Positions 22,213 to 31,473 of a stretch of DNA of 64,000 nt are shown piece after piece. Under the pieces are notes generated by a model. It worked only from the letters and a program-made list of their open reading frames with translations, searched no databases and had not been told where the DNA came from. Position 1 is the first letter of the stretch. The number at the start of each line of letters is the position of its first letter. The stretch covers positions 1,448 to 65,447 of the forward strand of contig JAADFK010000085.1 in assembly GCA_013152925.1 (NCBI GenBank). The letters are read 5' to 3'. This stretch comes from Acidobacteriota bacterium. GTDB lineage: Bacteria > Acidobacteriota > Thermoanaerobaculia > Thermoanaerobaculales > Sulfomarinibacteraceae. The position numbers were made by a program, and so were the translations under genes.

Positions 22213-23188
22213 GATCCGGGCCTCCCCACTTCCTGCCCATCTTGAACCTCCGGAAGACCTCGTGGGCCGCGTCCCAGGGATCCCGGTGCTGCCGGCAGAT
22301 GGTGTCGAGAGCCGTGACGAGGTGCTCGTTGCCGAAGTGGCTGACCACCATCTCCACCTCGCCCGGATCCACCTCCCGGAACCGGCCCTGGAGGAACTCC
22401 CGCATGATCCTGGCGCCGGGGCTCGAGGGGTTGTCCCGGGAGCACATCGACCTGAAGGATGTGACGATTTCCTTCGTCAGCCACGCCCCGTCGTGCCCTC
22501 TCCGGCTGTACACGCGACCGGCCAGGTGCGCTCCCAGCACCACGGCCGTGCTCTCCTCCAGGACCTGGCTCTCGATGCCGTTCCCGTAGCGAGAGAGCCC
22601 CGCCTGATAGAAGAGCGCGTGCACACACTCGTGACCGGCCACGTAGAGGAGCTCGGGCTCCGGCCAGCCGACCGTGGAGTTGAAGGAGACGACCTGGACC
22701 TCCGTCTCGTACGAGCCGCCGACGTAGGGGGGCAGCGGCACCACTCTCACCGAGGACACCCGGATGCCGTGGCCTACGATCGCCAGCAGATCGTGAACGT
22801 CCCGTTCCGCCCGCCGCCGGATGGCCGCGATGCGATCCGCCTCCCGCCGGGCCTCCAGCTGCGCCCGCCCGAAGTGGACCAGGCCAACCGTCACAAGGAG
22901 GGCCGCCACCACGACCCACCAACGTTTCAGGAACCACAACATCGCCCCCAGCCTGGTCTCCCACCACGTCCACCACCTGCGCAGGATGTCGCCGATCCAT
23001 GGATGAGCCACCACGTCTTCCGCCCGTAACGATTTCCGTTTCGGGAAGATAACGTCGCTCGGCCGCGCCGCCTCCACGCTGCGCCGCGCCGAACTTAGCC
23101 GCACGGCGCCCAGACCCTCCGCCGGGTTGTGATCATGCCCGAACTGGCCGTCGCGTCCCGGAGGATCGGTCATCCACCTCTCTCCCAT
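22202..23188 (-). CDS. Membrane-anchored HExxH protein (putative metallopeptidase)
   Basis: ORF 22202..23524. The start was moved to ATG 23188 (or 23173) to clear the upstream gene. TM helix WWVVVAALLVTVGLVHF. HExxH in LLYVAGHECVHALF. Confidence 0.6.
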   Translation of the reverse strand: MGERWMTDPPGRDGQFGHDHNPAEGLGAVRLSSARRSVEAARPSDVIFPKRKSLRAEDVVAHPWIGDILRRWWTWWETRLGAMLWFLKRWWVVVAALLVTVGLVHFGRAQLEARREADRIAAIRRRAERDVHDLLAIVGHGIRVSSVRVVPLPPYVGGSYETEVQVVSFNSTVGWPEPELLYVAGHECVHALFYQAGLSRYGNGIESQVLEESTAVVLGAHLAGRVYSRRGHDGAWLTKEIVTSFRSMCSRDNPSSPGARIMREFLQGRFREVDPGEVEMVVSHFGNEHLVTALDTICRQHRDPWDAAHEVFRRFKMGRKWGGPDLGE

Positions 23189-23318
23189 CGCACGGGACGA
23201 GACCGGACCTCGAGCGTCCAGGCTGCCCGAGCAACAGGAAGCCTCGGCCCGCCCGTTCCCTTGCCGCCTAAAATCCTCGCGCCCATCGCCCCAGGAGCAG
23301 TTCTCCATCCCGCGCTTA

Positions 23319-26111
23319 TCATTTGAAAGGGCGGGTGACCTGTAGCCCTTGAGGCCACTGAAGGAAACTCCCATTCTTGAAGACGATGTCGGAGGCGAAG
23401 TTGGTGGACGATTTCGCAGTTGACTGACCAAGCCAATCGCGGTCGATCGTTCCGTCCTTGCCGGGGCTGACGATGAGGTAGGATTCGCCGTCGCTCCAGA
23501 TGCGGAGGGGGTGTCCCCAAGCATCGGTCTGGGGACACTTCTTCACGTAGGCGGGAGAAAGCACGGGCGCGAGTGCAGCAGCATCGACCCAAGAACCGCC
23601 AGTGTACGGGTACCGATCGTAGTCCACTTGGTACATCAAAATCGCTGTTGCCAGAGTCCTCATTGTTGCCATGGTCCGAGTTTGCTTCTCATGGTCCACG
23701 GTAGTCTTGCGCATCGAGGTTGGACTACCAGCTTCACGTTCGGACAGATTCTGTTTCGATTCAACCCTGAGATCACATCCTTGAAGCACGAGGCGCCACC
23801 GCTCTCTCTTGGTGGGGCAACATAGTCCGTCGGCTGGATAGTGAACCGTTATATTGGCCAGGATCTCTTCATTCCCAATCCTCAGGGAATCCACGCGCGC
23901 ACGATCTTCGATAAACAGATTGCCACAGGAGACCGGCCGTCCATCCTTGTCCACGAAAACCACGATCGAAACCCATCCAGCCGTACCCCAGGTTTGTTCG
24001 ACAACAGCTATTGCCGCATCATCAATTCCGTCGTTGTTGAGATCGCCTCGTGCAACAGAATCTCGAAGAAACCAGACCCCTGCAAGCGGTTCGCGATCGT
24101 CAATTCCTCCTCGGCCATCAGATTCCCATCGCCCGCCTTTGAGCTGGTATTCTCCTAACTTGACGTTCCAAAGCGCTTCCGTCGGAAATGGTCGCCTTGT
24201 CTTGGGTCCGTGGTGTGTCTTCCCCCCAACGAGGCGGATCTCGGCCTCGTCCTTGTGGATGGTTCCAGGGTGGCCGATGGCGCCGTAGCGGGCGCCGGCC
24301 TCAAGCACGAAGACCGCCGAGCCGTCCGCTGCGCCGCAACTCTTGCACTTTTCGAGCCAGGTCCGGGCGTTGGTTGCCCGGTCTGGACTGATGATGTAGA
24401 TCCTATCAGGGCGGAGCTTGTGAAGCTGCTCCGCGCTCAGGAGCTCCCGGGTTTCGAGCACATCGAAACGGTTCGCTGCGCTGAGGACGGTGAAGGTCAG
24501 CGGCTCGGAGTACCGGTTGACATCGATGGGCCGGCCGTTCCGTTTCACCTTGAGGAAGTCGAAGATGACGACGGGCAGAATCATCGGTTTTCCAGGCCCG
24601 CTGAGCAGCTCCTCGCCGTCGAAGCCCTCCGATGGCCGGAGGGCTGGCGAGAGCGGCAGGACCATGACCGGATCGAAGAGGCGGTGGGCCTTGCGCTGAA
24701 GGTAGGTTGTGAGCGCTGTCAACGCCGCCATGCCGGGGTTCGGTCCTCCCGAAACGGCGCCCTTGATCAGCACGTCCCAGCCGAATCCCTCGAGAAGATC
24801 CTTCAAGCCTGTCGCTCCCGCTGCCTTGGCATCCTCCCAAGAGGTATCGCCATCACCACCGACGAGCGGCTTCTTGATGGAAAACACGGTGCCACCATTC
24901 CCAACCATGACAAAGCAGGGGCTGTCCGGATCCGGAGGGTTCGGCACACCGCAGGGCCAGGTGAGGAATCGACCGTTGGCGTAGATGATGTCCGTATCCC
25001 ACGATTCCGATGGCCCCAGGTATCTCAACGATGTCTGCATCTCACCATCCGCCCCGGCGGAATAGATTCCGTAGGTGTTCCCGTCCCCTTTCAAGAGGAT
25101 GGGGTGCCCCCAGCCATCCTTCGCGGAGAGGCCGGTGGCACCCACGCTGCGCAACCCGTCGAGGATGGCCGCCACGGGCGTGGCGGGCTGGCCCTCAGAG
25201 GCGTCAGTCGAAACCGGGAAGCTTCCGTGGACCTGCCGGTACTTCTCCAGGGCGAGCCCCAGCGCCTTCATCCGATCCAACGTCGTCCGCGCCGCCTCCT
25301 CCTGAAAGAGGCGACCGTACTCGCCGGCGCCCGTGTTCGGCTCCACATCCTGACCCGCCGGGGGAGCCCCCAGCCTCGATCCCCCCTCCGGCGGCGACCC
25401 GCGCTCTTGCTGGACCTGTTCGGGGGATGTCTCACTCTTGGCCGGGGGAGGCGTTGCGGGGTTGCGCTGGATCAGCTGGTCGATCATGGCCTGGGGAGTC
25501 CCGGCCTGCCAGCGTGGGGGGGCCTGGAGGCCGGCGGCACGGGCCACCTCCATGAGGACGGTGACGCAGTCGCTCGTGGTCAGGCGGTAGGGGTGGGACT
25601 CCCACCGGCGGCGGACGGCCTCCGTGCGGCGGAAGGCGTCCCGGCTGACGCGGACCTCGAGGATGTCGCCGATCTCGTGTCGCGTCAGGAGATCATCCCG
25701 GAGCTTGCCCGGCACCGGGCCCACGACCTGCCGGACCACGCCGAGCGTATCCCCCTTGACCGGGTAGAAACCGAAGGCCTCGGCCGAGCTGAAACAGCGA
25801 TCCGGATCCTCCGAGGCCCACACCACGAAGGCGTGCCCCGGCAACTCGCTCCACCCGGGGCTCTTCCTCCAGCAGAAGAGCAGGGAATAGCTACCCTGCC
25901 CGGAGCTGTCCCGCCGGGCGATGACCCGGTCGATCTCGAGCGCCGGCGCCAATGGGGCCACGAAGCAGCACAACACCAGGAGTCCTGCAATCGCCGACCG
26001 CTTCCCTATTGGACACCCCTTCGACGACACTGTGCCATCACGTGACGGTCGCATCACCATTCGATACATGTGTCGATCCTCCATCTTGTCGTTCCGTTGG
26101 TTGCGAGCCAC
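23319..26111 (-). CDS. Large secreted multidomain protein: N-terminal His...Cys (permuted papain-like?) domain, two GspG-like modules, FG-GAP-like segment
   Basis: 930-aa ORF with signal-like KRSAIAGLLVLCCFVAPLAPALE. GHAFVVW ... TSDCVTVL lies at 25512-25934. GspG-like modules are at 24954-25304 (DGWGHPILL...SAGADG) and 23322-23681 (DAWGHPLRIW...SPGKDG). Also DLNNDGIDDAAIAV. The exact start is uncertain (M1-M20). Confidence 0.7.
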   Translation of the reverse strand: MARNQRNDKMEDRHMYRMVMRPSRDGTVSSKGCPIGKRSAIAGLLVLCCFVAPLAPALEIDRVIARRDSSGQGSYSLLFCWRKSPGWSELPGHAFVVWASEDPDRCFSSAEAFGFYPVKGDTLGVVRQVVGPVPGKLRDDLLTRHEIGDILEVRVSRDAFRRTEAVRRRWESHPYRLTTSDCVTVLMEVARAAGLQAPPRWQAGTPQAMIDQLIQRNPATPPPAKSETSPEQVQQERGSPPEGGSRLGAPPAGQDVEPNTGAGEYGRLFQEEAARTTLDRMKALGLALEKYRQVHGSFPVSTDASEGQPATPVAAILDGLRSVGATGLSAKDGWGHPILLKGDGNTYGIYSAGADGEMQTSLRYLGPSESWDTDIIYANGRFLTWPCGVPNPPDPDSPCFVMVGNGGTVFSIKKPLVGGDGDTSWEDAKAAGATGLKDLLEGFGWDVLIKGAVSGGPNPGMAALTALTTYLQRKAHRLFDPVMVLPLSPALRPSEGFDGEELLSGPGKPMILPVVIFDFLKVKRNGRPIDVNRYSEPLTFTVLSAANRFDVLETRELLSAEQLHKLRPDRIYIISPDRATNARTWLEKCKSCGAADGSAVFVLEAGARYGAIGHPGTIHKDEAEIRLVGGKTHHGPKTRRPFPTEALWNVKLGEYQLKGGRWESDGRGGIDDREPLAGVWFLRDSVARGDLNNDGIDDAAIAVVEQTWGTAGWVSIVVFVDKDGRPVSCGNLFIEDRARVDSLRIGNEEILANITVHYPADGLCCPTKRERWRLVLQGCDLRVESKQNLSEREAGSPTSMRKTTVDHEKQTRTMATMRTLATAILMYQVDYDRYPYTGGSWVDAAALAPVLSPAYVKKCPQTDAWGHPLRIWSDGESYLIVSPGKDGTIDRDWLGQSTAKSSTNFASDIVFKNGSFLQWPQGLQVTRPFK

Positions 26112-26169
26112 CCGGTACGGGACGTGCTCTCCGCGAACGGGCCATCAGGTAGCCCGGGGAATTGAGCTC

Positions 26170-29100
26170 TCACATCCGAATCCCGTAGATGACCAGATCC
26201 TCTCCCTGGAGCACGGCCAGCTTTATCGGATAGCGGCGTCTCGGTTTGCCACGATATACGAGCTTGCCATCGCTGCGAGAAACGACGATGCCGCCAAGCG
26301 GGGGCATCGCCCCACCTGTCCAACCCGGTGCCAAGACGTGGCCATCCGCAGCACGGCGGCAACGAACCCGACCCGCCGAGTATCGTTTGAGCTCGAAGAC
26401 ATTGGATTCCATCAGGGATGTTGCAAAGCGGACGGTCCGGTCAAGCTCAGACCGAAAGGTCTGCTGTAGACGGGCCAAGAGCGCCGCGTCGAGCCCGACA
26501 CCCTCCAACTCCACGCTGGAGCCGGCGAGGTGGGACCGCAATGTTCCAGTCCCCAGTTGCCGTATCTCATGACGGAGCAACAGGATTTCCACGAGGGCCA
26601 CGAGCACGTGTTCTGCCTCCATGGCAACGGAAATCGGAATGGAGGCGATGGGGATCGCCCCAGGCTCCTGCCGAGGAAAGGTCCGTACACGGGCCGCCGG
26701 TGGAGGTGGGGAGGGAGCTGGCGAACGGGAAACCGACTCACTCACCCTCGGCGTGCGCTCCACGTCGATCAGAGGCTCCTTAGTCGTGCCCGCGCCAGTT
26801 CCTGGCTCCCGCAGGCTCGGCGCGACAGCTGGAGGAGGACCGGCCTCGTCAAGTGCGCTCGGCGGCACGTCGTCGGCTCTCACCGATTCCACATCTTCGA
26901 AGGAAACCTCTTGTTCCCGGGTCTTTGTATCGGGCTCCCCCGCACTCCGACATTCCTCTTCCCGTTCCCCCATGCCGGAGACGTCCTGAGCACCCGGTGT
27001 TCCGATGAGCCGTTCCATGGGAATGGCCGGCGTCCGGTAGACATCCTGCTCCCACGATGTGACATCAAGCCCTGGCACGTCCGGTTGTGGGGCACGCCCT
27101 CCCACGAAACGTCCCTCTTCGAACTGGCCAAGTTCAACTCCCGCCGGTCCCAGCAAAATGAGAGATTGTCCACGGCGTACCACCTGGTATCTGCCGCGGG
27201 CCCCCCAACCTTGAAGCACAACACCCCCCTCTCCTGCCGGTACGACGGGGGCTGCCACCACCCGGTCACCCGAGGCGACGATTGCCTCTTCAAGGAGCTC
27301 CGGGGTCAGCCACGGATTTTCCGGATCGCCGGCCAGTGTGGGGGCAACGGCCAGGGGGTCCATCTCCACACCGGATCTTGATTCCGGCTTCCACCGCCGC
27401 AGGTTTCTTTCCAGTGTCAGGAGCAAGCTCAGGAAATCCGGAAAACTCCCAAGAACGATGGCAATGCCCAGCGCCGTTCCAAGACCGCCGACAACGATAC
27501 CGAGGATTGCACCGCCGCTCAGATGATCTGAGGCCACGATGACCACCAGCGCTGTACCAGCCAGTACACCAAACACCGAGAACCAGGCCAGGATTCGACC
27601 CCAGATCAGGTAGGCCGAGATCCCAGGAAACCCCGGTGCCACTGAGACCCGACCCAAACCTTCAGGTCTCATGTTGGCCTCGATACGGAGGAGATTTCGG
27701 ATGAATCGGGGAACGACTGCGAGAATCAGAAGCATCATCACGGCCAGCGGAACGAAGATCAGCACCACGACCATCCCACCCCGTGGCAGCTCCGCCAGGA
27801 GCTTGAGCGCAACCACCACCGTTGCAGCTCCGCCCAACCACAAGAGAAGCGTCATCAGTCCGATCAGCGCTTTGAGCCACTTGAAATCCAGACTCCTGGG
27901 AGTATTTCCACCCGACGTGGCCACAGCCACATCCTCGGCCATTTGAAAGATGTCCACCAGACCCAACAAGCCCAGCCCATCCACGAGAACGACAGCAAGT
28001 AAGGAGAAGGTACTCCTCAGGATGTCGCCAAGCGCCCCGTTGGATAGCTGCAACATCCATGCATGAGTTCCGGATCTCAGAGCGACCCACATGAGCCCTA
28101 CGGCAAGAACCACCAGAACGACTCCACGGAGGAATATCAAGGCCGGCATGTGGACGCGGCGATACCGGTCGCCTCCCATGCCCTCACCCACTCGAAGTAG
28201 TGTCCTCATGGCGTCTGCCCGCACCCACGAAAAAAACGCGGCAAACAGCGCGATCAGCAGGAGAACGAAGATGTAGACAGCGGCCCCCCGGGCGCGAAGA
28301 CTTATGGCACCCCCCAACAGGAGCGCCAGCGAACGCAAAGCCTGTGCGACAAAGAGATCCCACCAGGGAGCACATATCGCTTTCACACCAGCTGGAAGGT
28401 TCCTGAGATCACCGACCCTCAACAGGGCTGGGAAGCCAAGCGCCAGTGCCACGCTTCCGAATGCCATGGCTTGCGGGAAGTCGTCGCGGCGAATTGCCCA
28501 CCAGGTACGGACGCCTGCGATGCAAGAGCCCGTCAGTAGTGCCACGACCCCGACTGCCGCGATGGCCGCATTCCCCTCGACAACAAGCACCAGAGCGATC
28601 AACGACACAAGGCCAAGCACACTCCACCCAGAAGGAAGCCGCCTTCTCCGGGTATCGCGGACAGCCAAGGTCATTTGCCAGCCAGAGAAGCTCATGGCTC
28701 CCAGGAATGCAAGGCTCAACCACACCCTCCACCATCCTGGCAGAAGGCCTCCATGAACCGTAAACGTTGGGGGAACCAGGGCCTCCACCACATGCAACGT
28801 TCCAGCCACCAGAAGGGAGACCGCCGCCAAACGCCCGAGGTCGGAAGCCAGGAAGAGCCCACGGTAGCGGCCACGCGGAGGTGTGCCACGACCCACGGAC
28901 GCTTCCCAACTGAGGAGTATTGCCCAAAGGTCCGGAATGAGCATGAAAACGAAGAAAATGATGAGCGCACTCACCATCCCCGCGACGAACACGATCGCCT
29001 GGATCGCGCTGGACGAGCGTGTCAACGCCACGACAAGCCGCAACTCCACCACGGCGAGCAAAACAACCAACAAGACCCTTACGAGCACCACCGCTGGCCG

Positions 29101-29172
29101 CAGGAGGCTGGTCTCCCATAGCCGGCTCAACAGTCCAGCCGTACTCCGTGGGCGTGTTGCCGTGTTGGCCAT
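26170..29172 (-). CDS. Polytopic membrane protein (~16 TM helices) with ~400-aa soluble C-terminal region, unknown function
   Basis: ORF 26170..29238. ATG 29172 is preceded by GAGGAGGA and lies 1 nt after the upstream stop. The N-terminal ~600 aa are almost continuous hydrophobic helices. No motif recognised. Confidence 0.7.
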   Translation of the reverse strand: MANTATRPRSTAGLLSRLWETSLLRPAVVLVRVLLVVLLAVVELRLVVALTRSSSAIQAIVFVAGMVSALIIFFVFMLIPDLWAILLSWEASVGRGTPPRGRYRGLFLASDLGRLAAVSLLVAGTLHVVEALVPPTFTVHGGLLPGWWRVWLSLAFLGAMSFSGWQMTLAVRDTRRRRLPSGWSVLGLVSLIALVLVVEGNAAIAAVGVVALLTGSCIAGVRTWWAIRRDDFPQAMAFGSVALALGFPALLRVGDLRNLPAGVKAICAPWWDLFVAQALRSLALLLGGAISLRARGAAVYIFVLLLIALFAAFFSWVRADAMRTLLRVGEGMGGDRYRRVHMPALIFLRGVVLVVLAVGLMWVALRSGTHAWMLQLSNGALGDILRSTFSLLAVVLVDGLGLLGLVDIFQMAEDVAVATSGGNTPRSLDFKWLKALIGLMTLLLWLGGAATVVVALKLLAELPRGGMVVVLIFVPLAVMMLLILAVVPRFIRNLLRIEANMRPEGLGRVSVAPGFPGISAYLIWGRILAWFSVFGVLAGTALVVIVASDHLSGGAILGIVVGGLGTALGIAIVLGSFPDFLSLLLTLERNLRRWKPESRSGVEMDPLAVAPTLAGDPENPWLTPELLEEAIVASGDRVVAAPVVPAGEGGVVLQGWGARGRYQVVRRGQSLILLGPAGVELGQFEEGRFVGGRAPQPDVPGLDVTSWEQDVYRTPAIPMERLIGTPGAQDVSGMGEREEECRSAGEPDTKTREQEVSFEDVESVRADDVPPSALDEAGPPPAVAPSLREPGTGAGTTKEPLIDVERTPRVSESVSRSPAPSPPPPAARVRTFPRQEPGAIPIASIPISVAMEAEHVLVALVEILLLRHEIRQLGTGTLRSHLAGSSVELEGVGLDAALLARLQQTFRSELDRTVRFATSLMESNVFELKRYSAGRVRCRRAADGHVLAPGWTGGAMPPLGGIVVSRSDGKLVYRGKPRRRYPIKLAVLQGEDLVIYGIRM

Positions 29173-29173
29173 G

Positions 29174-30229
29174 TCATCCTCCTCTCGGCCGGCTGGCCCA
29201 TGCCGCGCCTCCGACCACGCGCCATACCGACGGTTCATCGCGATCCCGTCCAGTCCTCAATCGACCGGTGCACGACCGAAGGTCCCGGAGCACGCTCTCG
29301 AAACACACCCCATCACCACCCTCGAGACAGGTTTCGAGAACTCGGAAGAGCCAGCTACTCAGTGGCACCCTGGCCTCGACCCACGCAGGAATTGGATCCT
29401 CTCCGGCCGTTGGAGGTTCTCCTCCCAGCCCTGCGGTAATTAACTTGCTCACCATGCCAACCAGCAGCCGTTCGAGATCCTTACCGCCACGTTCTACGAG
29501 TGCCTGAACATGCTCTTGATATCCAACAGGAAGACAGTTCGGACGAAGCTGCGTAGGCCCCCGGTGTCCCACGGGAACGATGGCACCCGCATCCAGGAAG
29601 ACGACGGGGCCACCTTGCGCCTGCACGAGGAAATTGTCAGGAGCCACATCGGTATACACACCACCGCACTCGAGGATGGTCCGAAGTCCGGTGACCAAAC
29701 CCTCCATCCACCTGGCGACAACGCGGGTGGTAGCCTCCCGCATGGCCTCGCTTTGGAGCCGAAGGAGTTTACGGGCATCCGACACCATCTTCAGCGCCTG
29801 CCGGAGAGGCATACCCTCCCCCCACTGGAGCACCAGCACAGGAATGTGATCCTTGCCGGCCGGATGCAACACGGACTGCCCCACCTGCGGGTAGAACGTT
29901 ACGGGGAAAAGACCGGTGTCTTGGAGCCGTTCCAGCCATTCGGCTTCTTCTTGAAGCCGTCTCACCGAGGCCGCCAGCAGGTTGCTTAGCTCCTCTCGGC
30001 CAATTTCCTCCCAGTGGCTGACGAACTCTACGGGAATCTTGATGGCCACAAGTTGGCCCGACGTGGTCAAACCACGGTAGACCACGGCCATGCCCCCCAG
30101 CGCCACTACTCGGCCGAGCGTAGCGGCCTCCACACCGGCCTGGACACCCGGAAGAAGGTCAGGTACCCGCTCAGCTTTCCGTAGCAACAGGTCAAGCTCA
30201 GCTGCGGTCTCGCCGGTAGGACGCGACAT
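29174..30229 (-). CDS. Atypical protein-kinase-like protein
   Basis: Gly-rich loop region ALGGMAVVYRG, VAIK lysine motif, catalytic-loop variant YTDVAPDNFLV (D...N kept, HRD His/Arg and Lys lost), DAG in place of DFG. ATG 30229 overlaps the vWA stop (TGATG). Alternative start at 30256. Confidence 0.6.
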   Translation of the reverse strand: MSRPTGETAAELDLLLRKAERVPDLLPGVQAGVEAATLGRVVALGGMAVVYRGLTTSGQLVAIKIPVEFVSHWEEIGREELSNLLAASVRRLQEEAEWLERLQDTGLFPVTFYPQVGQSVLHPAGKDHIPVLVLQWGEGMPLRQALKMVSDARKLLRLQSEAMREATTRVVARWMEGLVTGLRTILECGGVYTDVAPDNFLVQAQGGPVVFLDAGAIVPVGHRGPTQLRPNCLPVGYQEHVQALVERGGKDLERLLVGMVSKLITAGLGGEPPTAGEDPIPAWVEARVPLSSWLFRVLETCLEGGDGVCFESVLRDLRSCTGRLRTGRDRDEPSVWRVVGGAAWASRPRGG

Positions 30230-31473
30230 CAAGGCAATCTCTCCCCACGACCCCACACTCTGGTGAACTCGTCGAGGATCGCGTGCATCTCCACCACATT
30301 ACCCCGATCAACCACTGAAGCCGCTTCTAGGTATCGGGCCATTCCCAAGAGCTCCTGCAGGCGCGCTTGATCCATATCCGGCCTGGCCGCCTCGGCCCGG
30401 TGGAGCGCTCGAAGCGCATGGCCGAGACCTTCCCGTTCTTCGGGTCTCGCGAGCCCCGCACGGACGTACCAGAACGCCACGCGGTGTGGGTCAATATCAG
30501 CCATCAACCAGGGCTTCCCGATAGAAAAGTCACGGAGAAACGTTACCTTCCGGCCATCCTTCGTCGACCGGTACGACACCTCCAACTGGCCGGGCTGCTC
30601 ATTATCGTCCTCGCCATCGATTTCCACGAGGTAGACGTACGAGCGACCCGTCTCGACCAACGGACGCCTGTCGACAAACGCGCCCGCCTGCTGGTGCTGG
30701 AGCCCCCGAATACTGGGCCGGACGCAGAGGACATTGTGAAGACCCCTGCGGGCTGTGAAGCTCAACATTGCCTCTTTGCCGATAATCCATTCCCCTGTCG
30801 TTGCCAAGTGCTCCACCTGTTCACCCAGACTCTCCACCGAAGCCACCGCCTGAACCGGGCCAAGGTTGGCGTGTTCCAAAGCGTCCCGAACCCTTTCTGG
30901 ACGAAACTCGCCACCGAAACCCAGTGCACGAATCTCTTGACCACGAGGCAATCTGGACGAGAGCCTGCCACACGCCTCCGCGTCCATGATTTCTCCATCC
31001 GTCAGAACCACGACCCGCGTAATCCATCCCCGGATCTTTGGTTCGATGGCCATCAGCTGATGCAACGCCCCCCCCAGGTAGGTCTTGGGGGAAAACAGTA
31101 GACGGCTGTTCCGAATACGCTCCTCGATTGTTGCCAGGTGATCCCGGCACCAAGCGGCCGTGGCGCCCAGCACCACGCTCTCCGCCTCGTGAGAAAAGAG
31201 CGTCAGTGAGAAGCGATCCGTCTCACGAAGGACCGCCACGGCCAGCCGTACCGCTTCGAGTGCCGCGCCGAAACGCTCCGGCTCCCGCATGGAGGTGGAG
31301 ACGTCGAGCAGGAGATGAAGGTGATAAACGGTGGGACGCCCCGCTTTCGGAAAACGAAGCTCCAGCAGGAGCGTCCCCTTCGATACGCCTTCCTCTCCGC
31401 CCCATGTCCAACGAAGCTCCGGCCCTGAGCCGTCGTCACTGGCCTCTGTCCTGTCATCGAATACGTCCATCAT
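30229..31473 (-). CDS. Cytoplasmic von Willebrand factor A (vWA) domain protein
   Basis: 414 aa with no signal peptide. MIDAS residues DVSTSM (DxSxS), a later T (SPKTYLGG) and VVLTDGE. ATGA overlap with the upstream gene. Confidence 0.75.
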   Translation of the reverse strand: MMDVFDDRTEASDDGSGPELRWTWGGEEGVSKGTLLLELRFPKAGRPTVYHLHLLLDVSTSMREPERFGAALEAVRLAVAVLRETDRFSLTLFSHEAESVVLGATAAWCRDHLATIEERIRNSRLLFSPKTYLGGALHQLMAIEPKIRGWITRVVVLTDGEIMDAEACGRLSSRLPRGQEIRALGFGGEFRPERVRDALEHANLGPVQAVASVESLGEQVEHLATTGEWIIGKEAMLSFTARRGLHNVLCVRPSIRGLQHQQAGAFVDRRPLVETGRSYVYLVEIDGEDDNEQPGQLEVSYRSTKDGRKVTFLRDFSIGKPWLMADIDPHRVAFWYVRAGLARPEEREGLGHALRALHRAEAARPDMDQARLQELLGMARYLEAASVVDRGNVVEMHAILDEFTRVWGRGERLP

